From Callorhinchus milii (taxonomy: Eukaryota): DNA of 64,000 nucleotides. Made by a program: the position numbers and the translations under genes. Below the pieces are notes generated by a model. It did not search any database and was not told the DNA's origin. It saw only the letters and a program-made list of their open reading frames with translations. This document shows positions 1 to 11,986 of the stretch, in pieces (the first letter of the stretch is position 1; every line of letters begins with the position of its first letter). The stretch covers positions 74,216,001 through 74,280,000 of the forward strand of contig NW_024704742.1 in the NCBI RefSeq assembly GCF_018977255.1, read 5' to 3'.

Positions 1-535
1 CTCCTACAAAGCATGTCTTAAGACCCTCCTCTTCGACCGCGCATTTGGCCAACCTTCTACCCCAACCTTCCCTGCCCTCCACCCCCCCTCGATTTGAATC
101 CATGCTCAGGTCCAAATCTCTGACAGTCCAGCGCCTCGGGACGTCCTCCCAACATGAAAGGCGCTATACAAATGTAATTTGTTGTTGTTACCCCAAGCAC
201 ATGACAAACAGGATTGCTATTTGGCTGTGGCACAGTGAATGGGACACGTTTACTCAGTAATGAATGGAGTGACTGCATTATCTAGCAGCCAGCCACTGAC
301 CTCTTTCTTTTGGCTGAGTTTATGGGTTTGTTTGGAGCGTTAAACCGAGGCTCGTCTGTCTGTTCAGGTGGATGTTAAAGACCCCATGGCACTATTCAAA
401 GGGAGAAGGGAGTTTCAGAACATTCAGGAAGATTCAACCTGCACTGAACATTCTTAGGATTAGACAGCTTCAGGCTCACACTTGGTTGGTCTAAAGAGTC
501 TGGTCCTATTAAACTTAGGAAGCAGCTCTGGGGTG

Positions 536-614
536 GAGAATACGTGCTGCCTGTCTGAAGGGATGGAGGGAGAACACAAATGGCTCTCATCTGAGCTGCC
601 CCCTCACGTCCATG
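536..614 (-). repeat. Inverted intronic copy of PRAG1 exonic sequence 1087-1166
   Basis: The reverse complement of 536-614 aligns to 1087-1166 with 4 substitutions and one 1-nt gap (read directly). Confidence 0.95.
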
Positions 615-835
615 CCGCCAAATGTGATCTGGCAGAAGTAGGTGATATAGCACAATAATTCTTCTCTCATTAATAAGAAAGCCATGACTGAGGAATTTAG
701 ACAAGAGGTGAACCCCAAGCTCCTTCGAGACCTGTCAGTAGTTTTCATGGCTACTACATTCACACCTTGCCCACAGTGCTGCAGCACGTGCTTCCTGAAT
801 TGTTGCTAAATTATCTCCTCTTTTGATCCTTGCAG

Positions 836-1581
836 GTCAAGCAGCCGAGATTGTGATCTGTGTAAATGGTTCTCACAGCTGGAGAGATGGTCACCCTGTC
901 TCTGCCAAGTCAATGGATGATGCACTTCCCAGCAGGGGCCAGCCTCCGCCGCTTCCCCTAAAGAAAGTCGGAAATAGAACAACCTCCGCCCCCGACTGCT
1001 CATCTTGGAGGGACTTATCACCGAGGAGAACCAATACGTCTTCCAGCAGCAGCTACCTGAATGTCAGTGTTTCTGATGGTGTCCTCCATGGACATGAGGG
1101 GGGCAGCTCAGATGAGTGCCATTTGTGTTCTCCCTCCAGCCCTTCAGACAGGCAGCATGTATTCTCTTCCTGTGAGTCGCTGGAGAAGTGTGTTCCTGGC
1201 TACATGCACAAAGCTCACAGTTCAGATGACAACTCCAACAGGAATGATCAAAGCCTTCGGTCTGTTTCTTCCAATCAGATCAGCTTAGCTAATCAGAGCT
1301 CCTCAGTCTCGAATCTGCAGCTGCACAGACTCCTCAGTAACATGGACAGTAAGGAAGGGATGCACGCCAAGCTGGGCAGCCTGTACGCAGAGTCCCTCCG
1401 GCGACTGGCAGTCAAGTGTGAAGATTTCTTTATGCGAGGGCAGAAAGCACAACTGCACTTCAATGAAAACAACTGGTCAGATTTCAAGCTGATATGTAAT
1501 CAGCCTTGCTGTGATGCTGGTGATGCTATTTACTATTCAGCAGCCTTTGCCAGGGACCCAGACAACCAATATGCAGTAAAG
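836..1581 (+). CDS. PRAG1: PRAG1 (SGK223/pragmin, PEAK-family pseudokinase), penultimate coding exon; upstream exons lie outside the window
   Basis: Acceptor ttttgatccttgcag|836 (phase 1) and donor AAG|gtatgt at 1581. Encodes a PPPLPLKK proline-rich motif, the N-terminal SHED helix (GMHAKLGSLYAESLRRLAVKCEDFF) and the start of the kinase N-lobe (PCCDAGDAIYY...YAVK). Confidence 0.9.
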
Positions 1582-2873
1582 GTATGTTTATCAGAGTCTA
1601 ATCTGCAGTATTTCTGAATGGATTTCTTAATAAGAAATGTGTAATTATCGAATCTCTAAAACTTTGAATCTATCCTTCAGCACATTTCTAGGTTTTAGAT
1701 ATTCAAAAGTGGCATATTTCTTATTTTATAATAATAATAATCTTTGCATTTGATATAGTGCCTTATCACGTCGTTGCGACGTCTCAAAGCGCTTCACAGA
1801 ACATATTGTAAATTCTGAGATTTGTTAATTTGTTACTTCAAATTAGATCTCATCATTGACATTGCTAATGAGTTAATTAGAGTAAATTCCATGCAATTAA
1901 TCTACAGCGCTTGGGCAAAGACTCAAACGGGACAAATATACACTCAATAAAGAAACGATTGAAGTGGGAGGGCAATTTGTTTATCCGTTATCTGGGATCT
2001 GCAGGATCTTAGTCCCCGAAGATGTGCTCCACATTTGCTGTACCAATAAGCAACCCCCTTGGCAGTGTTAGCTGTACTGCAAAATGAGGTACGTGACATG
2101 ACAGAGAAATCATATACTTCATTGTTGAGAAAGAATGATTACACTGAAAAATTGCTTCTTTGAATCTTCATAACACTTTTCATGATGCTATAATTAAATG
2201 TAATTCCAAAAATAAGTTTAAAAAAGCCGTGAGCTTTTTTTTATACTACTGAACTCTGAATCTATGGAAAATTTGTTAAAATTACTTAATTTTATTGCGA
2301 GGTATACATAAGCCATTGCTCCACTCATTTTATTCCAGCAAATAGTTGACACGCCTGTTACGATATGATAAGAATTATAGAAAGTTTACACTACAGAGGG
2401 CCATTTAGCTCATGGTCTTTGTGCTGGGGCTGCCTCCTTCTCATGAGCTACCCACTCCACTTGCTCCTTCTAAGCCCTTTACGGTTTTTCAGTCATTTGT
2501 CTTTTAAAGCTATTGTGGACTTAGCTTCAAGTTGTGATAAAGGTTTCTAAGAAGCCTATGGTAGAATGTGGATTTTGCCCCTCTTCAGCAATTCAACCCA
2601 TAGACTAGACTACAAATATTAAACAAAAAACCTTGAAGTCTGCTCCAGAGCTTGCAATTTACAATCATTACTTCAGTTAAAGAAAAAAAACAAGGCAATT
2701 GAATCAAAAAAGGGAGAAAGTGTGTGGGGGGTGCGGGGGGGTGGCGTAGTGCCACCTAGTGGTGTTAATTAACACTGAGAATATGTGATACTTCTTCAAC
2801 ATCACTGTTAGCGTGGGGTGGGGTGGGCTGTAGGAATGATTCTCTGGTGTTTTATGTGCATGTTTAATTATCT

Positions 2874-2945
2874 TGTGTGTGTGTGTATGTTTGTGTTTTG
2901 TGTGTGTATGCATGTGTGGATTTCAATGTTTTCTGTGTATGTGTG
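2874..2945. repeat. Imperfect (GT)n microsatellite
   Basis: tgtgtgtgtgtgtatgtttgtgttttgtgtgtgtatg... Confidence 0.7.
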
Positions 2946-3378
2946 GGGTTAGGCACTCAGGTGGAGGAGCAGCATGCATTGCTAACATAATATCTAGCTA
3001 TAATTTCATTATGATTGTCAGAGAACTGTTTGGTTGTTACCATAAAAATGAAACAATAGTAAAAATGACTCACACAACATATGATAATAATAGTAATAAT
3101 AATAACCCTTGCATTTGATATAGCACCTTATCACGTCTTCGAGACATCTCAAAGCGCTTCACAGAATATACTGTAAAGATGCTGCAGACCATTGCAGAGC
3201 TATGCAGAATATACTGCGACTGTATATTTTGTGGGCGAATACTGTGAGCTTATCAGTCATGCCTTCAATGCTCAAAACTGTGTGAAGTCTCAGCTTCCAG
3301 GTCCTGTACTATACCTGGTACTAATTATCAGTTTATTGAATATGGAGAGAATCTTATTTCTGAATTTTTTCCCGACAG

Positions 3379-4479
3379 GTCTGTAAAAACCATGGTCCGG
3401 ATTCTCATCAAGCCCATTTCTACAGTCTCTCTGTGCAGCAGAGCCTCTCAGCCCATTTCAACATCCAACAAGACTGTGGCTATTTTATAGCCTCTGTTCC
3501 TCCGAGCATGCTACCACGTGATGAAGAAGCCACCGCTTTGCAGGATGGGAGGACCGCAGATGGGGATGACCAGGGTAATGCTAACACGAGTCTTGCTGAT
3601 CTGAGCAGCTCAGTGACAGACAGGGTGGTTGTCATAACCCGGGAGGTTCCTCATCAGACAGCAGCTGACTATGCACGGGAGTGGCTGCATCTCCACAGAT
3701 CACAGCCAGACGACTATGAGCGCTGGGTATGTCTGCTTCTACTGCAGCTCTGCAATGGTCTGGAGCATCTGAAAGAGCGTAACGTCACACACTGCGATCT
3801 TTGCCTGGAGAACCTACTGCTGGTTCACTGTAGACCCGGCAAGAGGCACAGTGAGAACAAGAAAGATCGCCTGAGCCAAGTCCGTTTATCCCGGCTTATT
3901 ATAAGCAACTTTTTAAAAGCTAAGCAAAAGCCGGTGGCAAATGACGCTAGGCTCAGACGTGACCAAGCTCGCTTGGCCCCTGAAATCGTGTCTGCATCAC
4001 AGTACAAAAAGTTTGACGAATTTCAGACGGGGATCCTCCTTTATGAACTTTTACACCAGCCAAATCCTTTCGAGGTAAACCCGAAGCTCAGAGAGCAGGA
4101 GTACAATTTGGAGGATCTTCCCTCAATCCCCAGAGCCTCTCTCTACTCCAAGGGTCTACAACATCTAGTCCAACTATTGCTGGAAGCAGATCCCATCAAA
4201 CGCATCCATATCTCAGAGGCCAAACGAATATTGCAGTGTCTACTTTGGGGTCCACGGAAAGACCTCATGGAACAGAAATTAAGGAGCAAAGAGATGGCTT
4301 ATGGTGTTCTACAGAACTGGCTTGATGTGAAGCGAGCGCTGCTTATGATAAAGTTTGCAGAACGTTCGTTGAGCCTTGAGCACAGGGTGGAGCTGGAGGA
4401 CTGGCTCTGTTGCCAATACTTTGCGTTTGCAAGCCCTGACTCCCTGTATCACACAGCACGACTTCTGCATCTTTTGTAA
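3379..4479 (+). CDS. PRAG1: PRAG1 last coding exon (pseudokinase domain and C-terminal SHED helices)
   Basis: Acceptor ttttcccgacag|3379 is in frame with the previous exon (YAVK|VCK). Motifs HFNIQQDCG, VVVITREVPHQT, LQLCNGLEHLKE, IISNFLKAKQK (NFL replaces DFG), ARLAPEIVSASQY, LLEADPIKR, VELEDWLCCQY; ends LLHLL*. These diagnostic segments match remembered PRAG1 better than PEAK1. Confidence 0.9.
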   Translation, partial: VCKNHGPDSHQAHFYSLSVQQSLSAHFNIQQDCGYFIASVPPSMLPRDEEATALQDGRTADGDDQGNANTSLADLSSSVTDRVVVITREVPHQTAADYAREWLHLHRSQPDDYERWVCLLLLQLCNGLEHLKERNVTHCDLCLENLLLVHCRPGKRHSENKKDRLSQVRLSRLIISNFLKAKQKPVANDARLRRDQARLAPEIVSASQYKKFDEFQTGILLYELLHQPNPFEVNPKLREQEYNLEDLPSIPRASLYSKGLQHLVQLLLEADPIKRIHISEAKRILQCLLWGPRKDLMEQKLRSKEMAYGVLQNWLDVKRALLMIKFAERSLSLEHRVELEDWLCCQYFAFASPDSLYHTARLLHLL

Positions 4480-7400
4480 ACCACTGAACAATCAGCTCTG
4501 AACTACTACTTCCATATTCAGCAATGAATTCATTGAAGATTTGCATAGAGGAGCAACCGCAGGCTGACCCCTGGGCATTTTGCAAGCCTGAAACCAGGAC
4601 TTCCCTCTCTGCACTGTATTTGAAAGGTGTATATAGATTCTATATTTGAACAGATGCATACATTTAAATACAAGACTGTTGAATTGTTCAAAAATTCTTG
4701 ATGAGTTATTTAAATTTAAATTAGTTTAAAGGCTAAATAACGGAGGAACATCATACTTTTTAACCTCCAGTCCGTAATGCCACTGCTCGGAGTACCACTT
4801 AGACACACAGACCCAGAGATCGCAGGTTGATGTCTGCTGGTCTGTGCTGGGTTGGTTGATATCAGCCAAGGCTGCAGTTGAGGTACTACAACTGACCTCA
4901 ATGCTACTGGGCTAGAAAAAAGAAAATCAGCCAGGGTTTCTGAGTGCTAGCCAGGCATCCGAACAGTCACTGGGGGCGTGGAATCCTCCCACTCATCTCC
5001 TGTTAACCCTGCAATCCAAAGCTCTAACGGGTAGGTACTAGCTGGACAAGCAGCGGAAAAGCTTGCCACACAGTGATATCAGTGACAAGTTATGTGGTTT
5101 TAGCTGGTTAGACTCCCACAGTTACCCCAATATACACACTGGGGTCCCCAAGCCTTGGCTTTGTCAACCTGCGCCTAACACTTTCCGGAATTAGGAAAGC
5201 AGGATGTGTCCCTCCAGCGAGAGAGTGTCTACATTCTATTCTAGCAATCTATCTCTGGAATTTCCATGTGTAGGTGGGATACATGGAATTCTCAGTTTAG
5301 CTTGGATACACCTAAGCATTGGGATGGGTTTCTGCATGTGTCAGACACCTGGTTGATCAAAACATTATTCAGTCATCCCCTGATAGGTGTGTGAGTGTTG
5401 GGTGAGGACAGGATGGGGCTTGGCTTTCCTCAGTCAAATCACCTGCCGATACATATTCATGTGAGGAACACTCACTTGGACAGTTCTGGGGGTCTGTCAG
5501 TGAAACTGTACCCCAGCCAGATCACAGCCTTCAGGAGACAAGAAAATACACCTCAAATTTACTTGTAAAAAATATACTCCTGTTAAATCTTAAATAATTG
5601 ACTGCTGAATGAAATGACTACCACTTATTTTTTTTTACATCTGATATTTTATTAAATGTGTTATAGTTTAGAAGGGTGAGAAATACTGTATATGGAGAAA
5701 TTTCCTCCCATTAACACTCGAGGTCCTAAATTGTGATCCAAACTTGGGGCCACAACAGGAAGCAGCTGCTAATTCTGTTGGAATGCCCAGTGTGAGAAAT
5801 CCTGGATATCGTGCTAGTGCGTGGAAGTTTGTGCTTTTCAATTTCTGAATTGTCTGAATGGATCTGCTGTGTAACACTACCACACTGTCATTATCCTTCA
5901 TTAACTTCTAATGGCTGTACATTTAAGGATGATCAGAGAATAAAGTGGAAATGACTGAGACATGATTACTGGGCTCCCTCATGCCATCTGGTTAACAGGT
6001 TATTATCTTTCTAACCTGACATGGAATGTGCCAGGAATCCGAGAGCTTGGCAAGGTTTGACATTATTGAATGAATTCACCCGCTTTATGCTTTGATCTTG
6101 AACCTTGCTTCCTTCTGCTGCCGGGCTCAAACTCATGTCCTCACTTCCTTCCTGGCTCCGCACAGCTCCATTCGAGACCACTTCCTCCTGGACTCAATCC
6201 TCTACCTGCTCTCTGAATATCCCAGCCTCCCGAGATAGACTGATCTGCCTCTCAGCCAAACTCTATCAGCAGCAGGAACTTTGGACCTGGCTATTCCAGG
6301 ATCCTAGATGAATGACATCTATATATGCTACCATGGATAGATAAAGAGTGCTGGGGTGCTCCTATAGCAATGCTCAATGTCACTCGGACAAAAGGCTGAA
6401 AAGGCCTTTTCTGTGAAGAGAAAGGAAAGAGAAACATAAAACGGGGCAGGAAGAGACTTGGAAACTGATGTCAATTAGTGGATAAGGATAAAATAATCAG
6501 CCAGGGAGCAAGCAACCAAGAAATTGAATGCATGTTAAGTGGAAGAGTCATACAGCATGACATCAGGAAAAAGATGCAGGTCTGATATTTGACAGTTTAC
6601 ATGTAACTTGGTATTTGATACATGTACAGTACTGTGAGTATACCTATATCTGTTACACATACTGTAATGTACCCTAAATATCTGATAGAAGTATACACAT
6701 TACTCTGATAACTGATGCATATAGAATGTGCACTGATATCTAATACTTTGCAGGATACATATACTCTATAATGTGATGTGCATACATTTTGATATCTAAT
6801 ATGTGTAATTTAATACACCTAGATATTAATGTATTGTACATACACTGTGAAATGTAAGTGCATATAGTGGCACCTGATACACAATGAATGCTATCTGATG
6901 GCTGTGGAATATGTACATGTGAATTTCAAATAAACATTTCTAGTTTAAGACCAGATGGTTTGATATCTAAGTTATGTCAGATAGTCAAACCATCAATAAA
7001 ATCAAAATATAAAAAATCAAAATTCTCCAAGAAATGTTCGAGGATAGATAGGGTTCCTTCTCTTCTTATTTTCTTTGCTTCTCTTTGGTTCATTCATATT
7101 ATTATAAGTTTCTAAAAGATCCATCTGACAACTTTGAGTGGTTCTTCATCCAAAGTCACAGTTTAAGATGTTTGGGCATGTCACACTGTGACAATCAAAG
7201 TCTATTATGACTCATAATATTAAAAGATTGGTTTAGATAAAGAGGTCCTTTAACCCATCTGATCTCATCCTTCCAGAATACCTATCCTACCGTCCTCCCT
7301 TCACAGATTCATGCTGTTTCTTAAATGCTCTTTGGAATTCCATCCCAGAGTCCCTCCAACTTGCTCCCTCCCCTTTTCCAAGGCACGTCTCACACCATAC

Positions 7401-8669
7401 ATCTTTGACCGCGCGTTCAGTCATCTTTCTTTTTTCCAGCTTGGGTGTCCATCCAGCACAAGGTGAAGAGACATCTTCCCAACATGTAAGGCATTACATA
7501 AATGTTTATTATTTTGTAAGTGAGTCCAGTGTCATGGCCTTAAACTACCTGTTCCAGTTGGTGATTACCCTTTGGGTAAAGAAATACTTCCTGGTGTCTG
7601 TCCAGAAATTGTTATTTGCAGCGTTAATCCTTATATCCTATTGTTCTGATGTCTTGGTGCATCTAAAAATATTTTTCGGAGTTCACTTTCCCAATTCCAC
7701 TTAAATTTAATATACCTCATATAAAGAACCCTCTGAGTATGTCTAATCGTTGCTCATCCATGGCTCATAGCTCTAACACTGGGGATGATCTGATAGAAAT
7801 GGTTGCAGCGGTGTGATTTATGGGCTGAGTAAAGGATCAATGTTTACACAAGTCTGACTATTACGAAGGAGGCTCTTGAGGATTGACGTTTCACTCCCCA
7901 AAATTGTATGTAAATGAAATGTAAACATTTGAAACTTATACGCAGGGATGAGTAATATATTTTACATATACAAGAGCTTAAAGGTAATGTTATAATTTGT
8001 TGTAACAGTTCTCCCTTGGCTTGTGAGTGCTCAGTAATGTAAATTGCGATATTTCTTAACAGAATTTCTTAACAAGGACTCTTAATGCTGTGAAGGGAGG
8101 TTCCTTACAATCATAGGAAGTTCATTTTGCTGCCCGATGAGAGCTCTGTTTAAATCTTCTTCCAGAGTAGAGTTTCAACCGGAATTTGGAAATGATTACT
8201 TCATAAGAAATCCCTTTAAGTCTTAAGTATGAAGGCGTTTTTCTGTAAGTTTCCCTTAAAAACCTTTACAGATTTGATTTTTCATATCAAAATAGCCTGA
8301 CGATTGGATGAGGTGGGATTATAGGCCTTCTGTTTGTTCAATGGCCTCAGCAGTCTATATTCTTGGCACTCAAGTGAAAACATGTTTCAAGCGGCAACCC
8401 AGCATAGTTGAAGCAAAATAATGCAGATGCTGGAAATCTGAAAGTGGTCAGAAAGGCCATCGACCTGAAACTCACTTTCCTCTCTCCATAGATGTTGCCT
8501 GACCAGTGTTCTCAGCAACCTCTGTTCTTATTCCAGTATAGTTTAGTATGGTTTAAGCCAACCACTCAAAGGGTGACTTAACATACCGTGGAAGAGCATT
8601 CCTATCTTAAACATTGTTTAGAACTTGCATTGTACAAAAAGATGAAGGATGTTTTAAATAGAATGCCTG

Positions 8670-9080
8670 TTGCCGTGCTGTACACTGTGACTCAATATCA
8701 GTCTCCATTGCCGTGCTGCACACTGTGACTCAATATCAGTCTCCATTGCCGTGCTGCACACTGTGACTCAATATCAGTCTCCATTGCCGTGCTGCACACT
8801 GTGGCTCAGGATCTGTCTCCATTGCCGTGCTGCACACTGTGACTCAATATCAGTCTCCATTGCCGTGCTGTACACTGTGACTCAATATCAGTCTTCATTG
8901 CCGTGCTGCACACTGTGGTTCAGGATCAGTCTCCATTGCCGTGCTGCACACTGTGGCTCAGGATCTGTCTCCATTGCCGTGCTGCACACTGTGGTTCAGG
9001 ATCAGTCTCCATTGCCGTGCTGCACACTGTGGTTCAGGATCAGTCTCCATTGCTGTGCTGCACACTGTGGCTCAGGATCA
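8670..9080. repeat. 38-bp minisatellite, ~11 copies
   Basis: Unit ccattgccgtgctgcacactgtgactcaatatcagtct recurs at 8705, 8743, 8781 and onward, with variant second halves (gtggctcaggatctgtct, gtggttcaggatcagtct). Confidence 0.95.
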
Positions 9081-9134
9081 AGGAGAATGTTTAAACCATA
9101 AGGGAGATCATTGTTGAATGCAAAAACGTAACAT

Positions 9135-9355
9135 ACTGCAGATGCTGGAAATCTGAAACAAAAACAGCAGTCGCTGGGAACAGTCAGCAGATCAGGCTAT
9201 GGATATGGATATGGAAAGTGAGTCAACGTTTTGGGTCCACAATCCGAAACGACAAAGTTCTGATGAAGGGTTGTGGACCCGAAACATTGACTCACTTTCC
9301 TTTCTCCATAGATGCTGCCTGACCTGCTGAGTGTTCCCAGCGACTTCTGTCATTG
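9135..9355. mobile_element. Inverted-repeat element resembling a Penelope-like terminal repeat, with a hammerhead-like core
   Basis: Arms agtcgctgggaaca..gaaagtgagtcaacgttttgggtccacaa and ttgtggacccgaaacattgactcactttc..tgttcccagcgact are complementary; CTGATGA...GAAA at 9260-9284. Degenerate relatives at ~8420-8535 and ~29510-29605. Confidence 0.6.
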
Positions 9356-10754
9356 TTGAATGAACTGACAGATTTGGGAGGGAAAGTACGTGGTTGCTGC
9401 TTTGTGAGTTGCAGTCAGGCAGCACATCACCATGACCATGAAACAGTACCACACCTTCAGCAATTCTGCTTTTCCACTCAGCTTTTGGACTTTTCAGTTC
9501 TAAAGGTTTTCTTAAATGTTTTAATTTCCTCAGTATATAGTACCTGTGCTTAGCATAGTATTTCTGTCTGTGTTTAATAACTACTGTAAATAAAATCATT
9601 TTGGTTAAATTGGAAAAAGGCTGGTATATTGTAATTTTGCCTTCTGAAAGAGCTTGGAGATTGAATAAAATAATAATCCTTACATTTCATATAGAGTATT
9701 TCACGTTGGGAGGACATATCAAAGCGCTTCATAGGATTTACTGGGTCTTATTGTTATTGACGATGCAACAACAATAACAAAATTACATTTGTATAGCGCT
9801 TTCACATCGGGAGGACGTCCCAAGGCCCTGGACAATCAGTGTTTCTGACCCGAACGGAGGGTTGGGATCAGGGAGTGTGGAGGGCAAAGGGGGAAGGATG
9901 GTGATCGAAGGCATGGTTGAAGAGGAGGGTCTTAAAATGGGTCTTGAAGGAGGCAAAGGGAGGGGGCAAGGTGGAGGGACTGTGGGATGGAGTTCCAGAG
10001 GGAGGGGGCAGAGTGGCTGAAGGCCACTATAAATGCACAATTATAATGGGGAAATAATAATGATCCTTGCATTTGATGTAGAACGTTTCATGTTGGAAGT
10101 TTCAAAGAGCTTCACAGGGTTTGATGTAAAGTAGTGTCTGTATTTTGTGGGTTTACATGGCAACGATTTGCACACAGCAATGTTCCACAACCGTCCATGA
10201 AGTGAATGATCAGTTTTTATCTTGAGGATTGTTGGCCAGGACACAAGGAGAAACTCCCTTTTTGAGTAGTGCCTTGCGATCTTTATTTCACATCGACCTG
10301 AACAGACAGAAGGGATCTTGATTTCACATCCCAGCTAAAGGGTGGCACTTCTGACACTGCAGTGATTCACTCACCTAGACTAGAAACTCAAAATTGGTTG
10401 TGGGTTTGACTCAGAGGTGAGAATGCTGTCAACTGAACTAGGCTTACGCCTGGCTACTTGCAGTTTCTGAATTCTTAATATCAACATATTTGGGTAGGTC
10501 TTTGGGATTCAACAACACCCAGCAATCACTACTGAAAAAACTGCAATGCTGAGAACTCTTGAATCATATTGGATTATAACCTGAGCAGGTTTTGTCAACA
10601 AATGTTAATGACCTGGGTGTGGAATTGTCACCCAGCCAGCATTCAGCATAGAGTCGGCACTTCCCTTGCAAAAGAGTGGCTGTTTGTTTTCCCAAAACCT
10701 TTTGCTCAAGCCTCCTCCTTAACACTACAACAACATTGTACTATGTCAGCCTGG

Positions 10755-11160
10755 CACAATGAGTCAGGAAGTTGTGGGTTCAAGCCCCAAGTCGGGACTT
10801 GGAATCACTTAGTCTAAGCTGACACTCCAAGCCTGGGCGAGTGCTGAATTGTTGAAGGTGCTGTCCTTTGGATGAGATGTTAAACTGAGGTCCGATCTGC
10901 CTGTCGGGTGTACGTTAAAGATCCCATGGCACTATTCGAAAAAGGAAAGGTGTTTCTCCTGGTGTCCTGGATCAACAATTTCCCAAATAAATTGGTCACT
11001 CATTTCATGGCTGTTTGTGGAACACTGCTGTACGCATCTGGCTGCCAAGTTTCGCCCTCAAAATTCATAGTCAATCCACTTAACAGTACATCCTGTGAAG
11101 TGCTTTGAGGCATCTCAACGACATGATAAAGTGCTATATCGAATGCAAGGAATATTATTA
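10755..11160 (+). mobile_element. Deu-domain-type SINE with an L2-derived tail
   Basis: ggatgagatgttaaactgaggtcc...taaagatcccatggcactattcgaa...gctgtttgtgg...tgctatatcgaatgcaagg. Related copies at ~330-420, 10057-10450 (-), 32590-32880 and 44460-44690 (-). Confidence 0.65.
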
Positions 11161-11930
11161 TCTCCCGTGTGAGTGTGTGTGTTGGTGGGGGGGGTAGGGT
11201 GGGGGTGCAGGGCAGGTGGGGGGTTTCTGTCATCTCCTTTGGAACTGAGATGGCTCCAAGGGGAATCGAGTCAATCCTCCGTGCAGTCTAGGTAGTCTAG
11301 TTCCTGAGCCAGGTGGGTCTGCAGTAATCCAAGGCCAATTTGGGCACAGCAAGCATTGCCCTACAAAAACAGCCATGAAGTGAATGAATATTTTTATTTA
11401 TGTTGAATTGTTGGCCAAGGTAATGAATTGTTGAATAATGGATACTCCAGGTCACTGCCGATGGCAGACCAGCCATCCTGGCATATTGGTAGACCTGCAG
11501 GAGTAGGCTGGGGCAGAGATTCTTTGCACTGAGCTCCCATTAATCCTGCAAGTCAAAACCCTAAAAGGTGGGATAGACCTACAACAATAATAATCCTTGC
11601 ATTTGATATAGCGCCTTATCATGTCTTTGAGTCACCTCAAAGTGCTTCACAGGATACACTGTAAAGTGACTGTATTTTGTGGGCAAAAGGTGGCAGCCAA
11701 TTGCACACAGCAGTGTCCCACACACAGTTGTGAATTGAGTGACCGAATTATTATTATTTATTATGAAGGAATTTTTATCCCCGGAAAGTGATCTGCCAAT
11801 CAACTAACAAGCGGGTTCCTACTTATTGCTAGGTAAACAGAGGCGTGTGTGTGGAGTAAGGAAACTTGCCTAAGGTGGGAAAACTTGCTGGACAGTGCTA
11901 TCAATGGTAAGCTATGCGATTTTAGCTAGT

Positions 11931-11986
11931 TATAATAATAATAATCCTTGCATTTGATATCAAATGCAAGGTTCATTATTATTATA
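11931..11986. repeat. 56-bp near-perfect palindrome inside a SINE tail
   Basis: Perfect 26-bp core ccttgcatttgatatcaaatgcaagg (11946-11971) with (taa)n/(tta)n arms. Confidence 0.9.

Noticed and set aside
396..704. 102-aa minus-strand ORF resembling ORF 1061-1288
   Set aside because: The similarity comes only from the 79-nt inverted duplication and is in a non-PRAG1 frame.
6600..6920. Faint periodic tgtacatac/gatatctaa pattern
   Set aside because: Too degenerate to define a repeat unit.
8670..9080. CRISPR-like array (constant half plus variable half)
   Set aside because: The variable parts are three closely related variants, not unique spacers; no cas genes; vertebrate context. It is a minisatellite.
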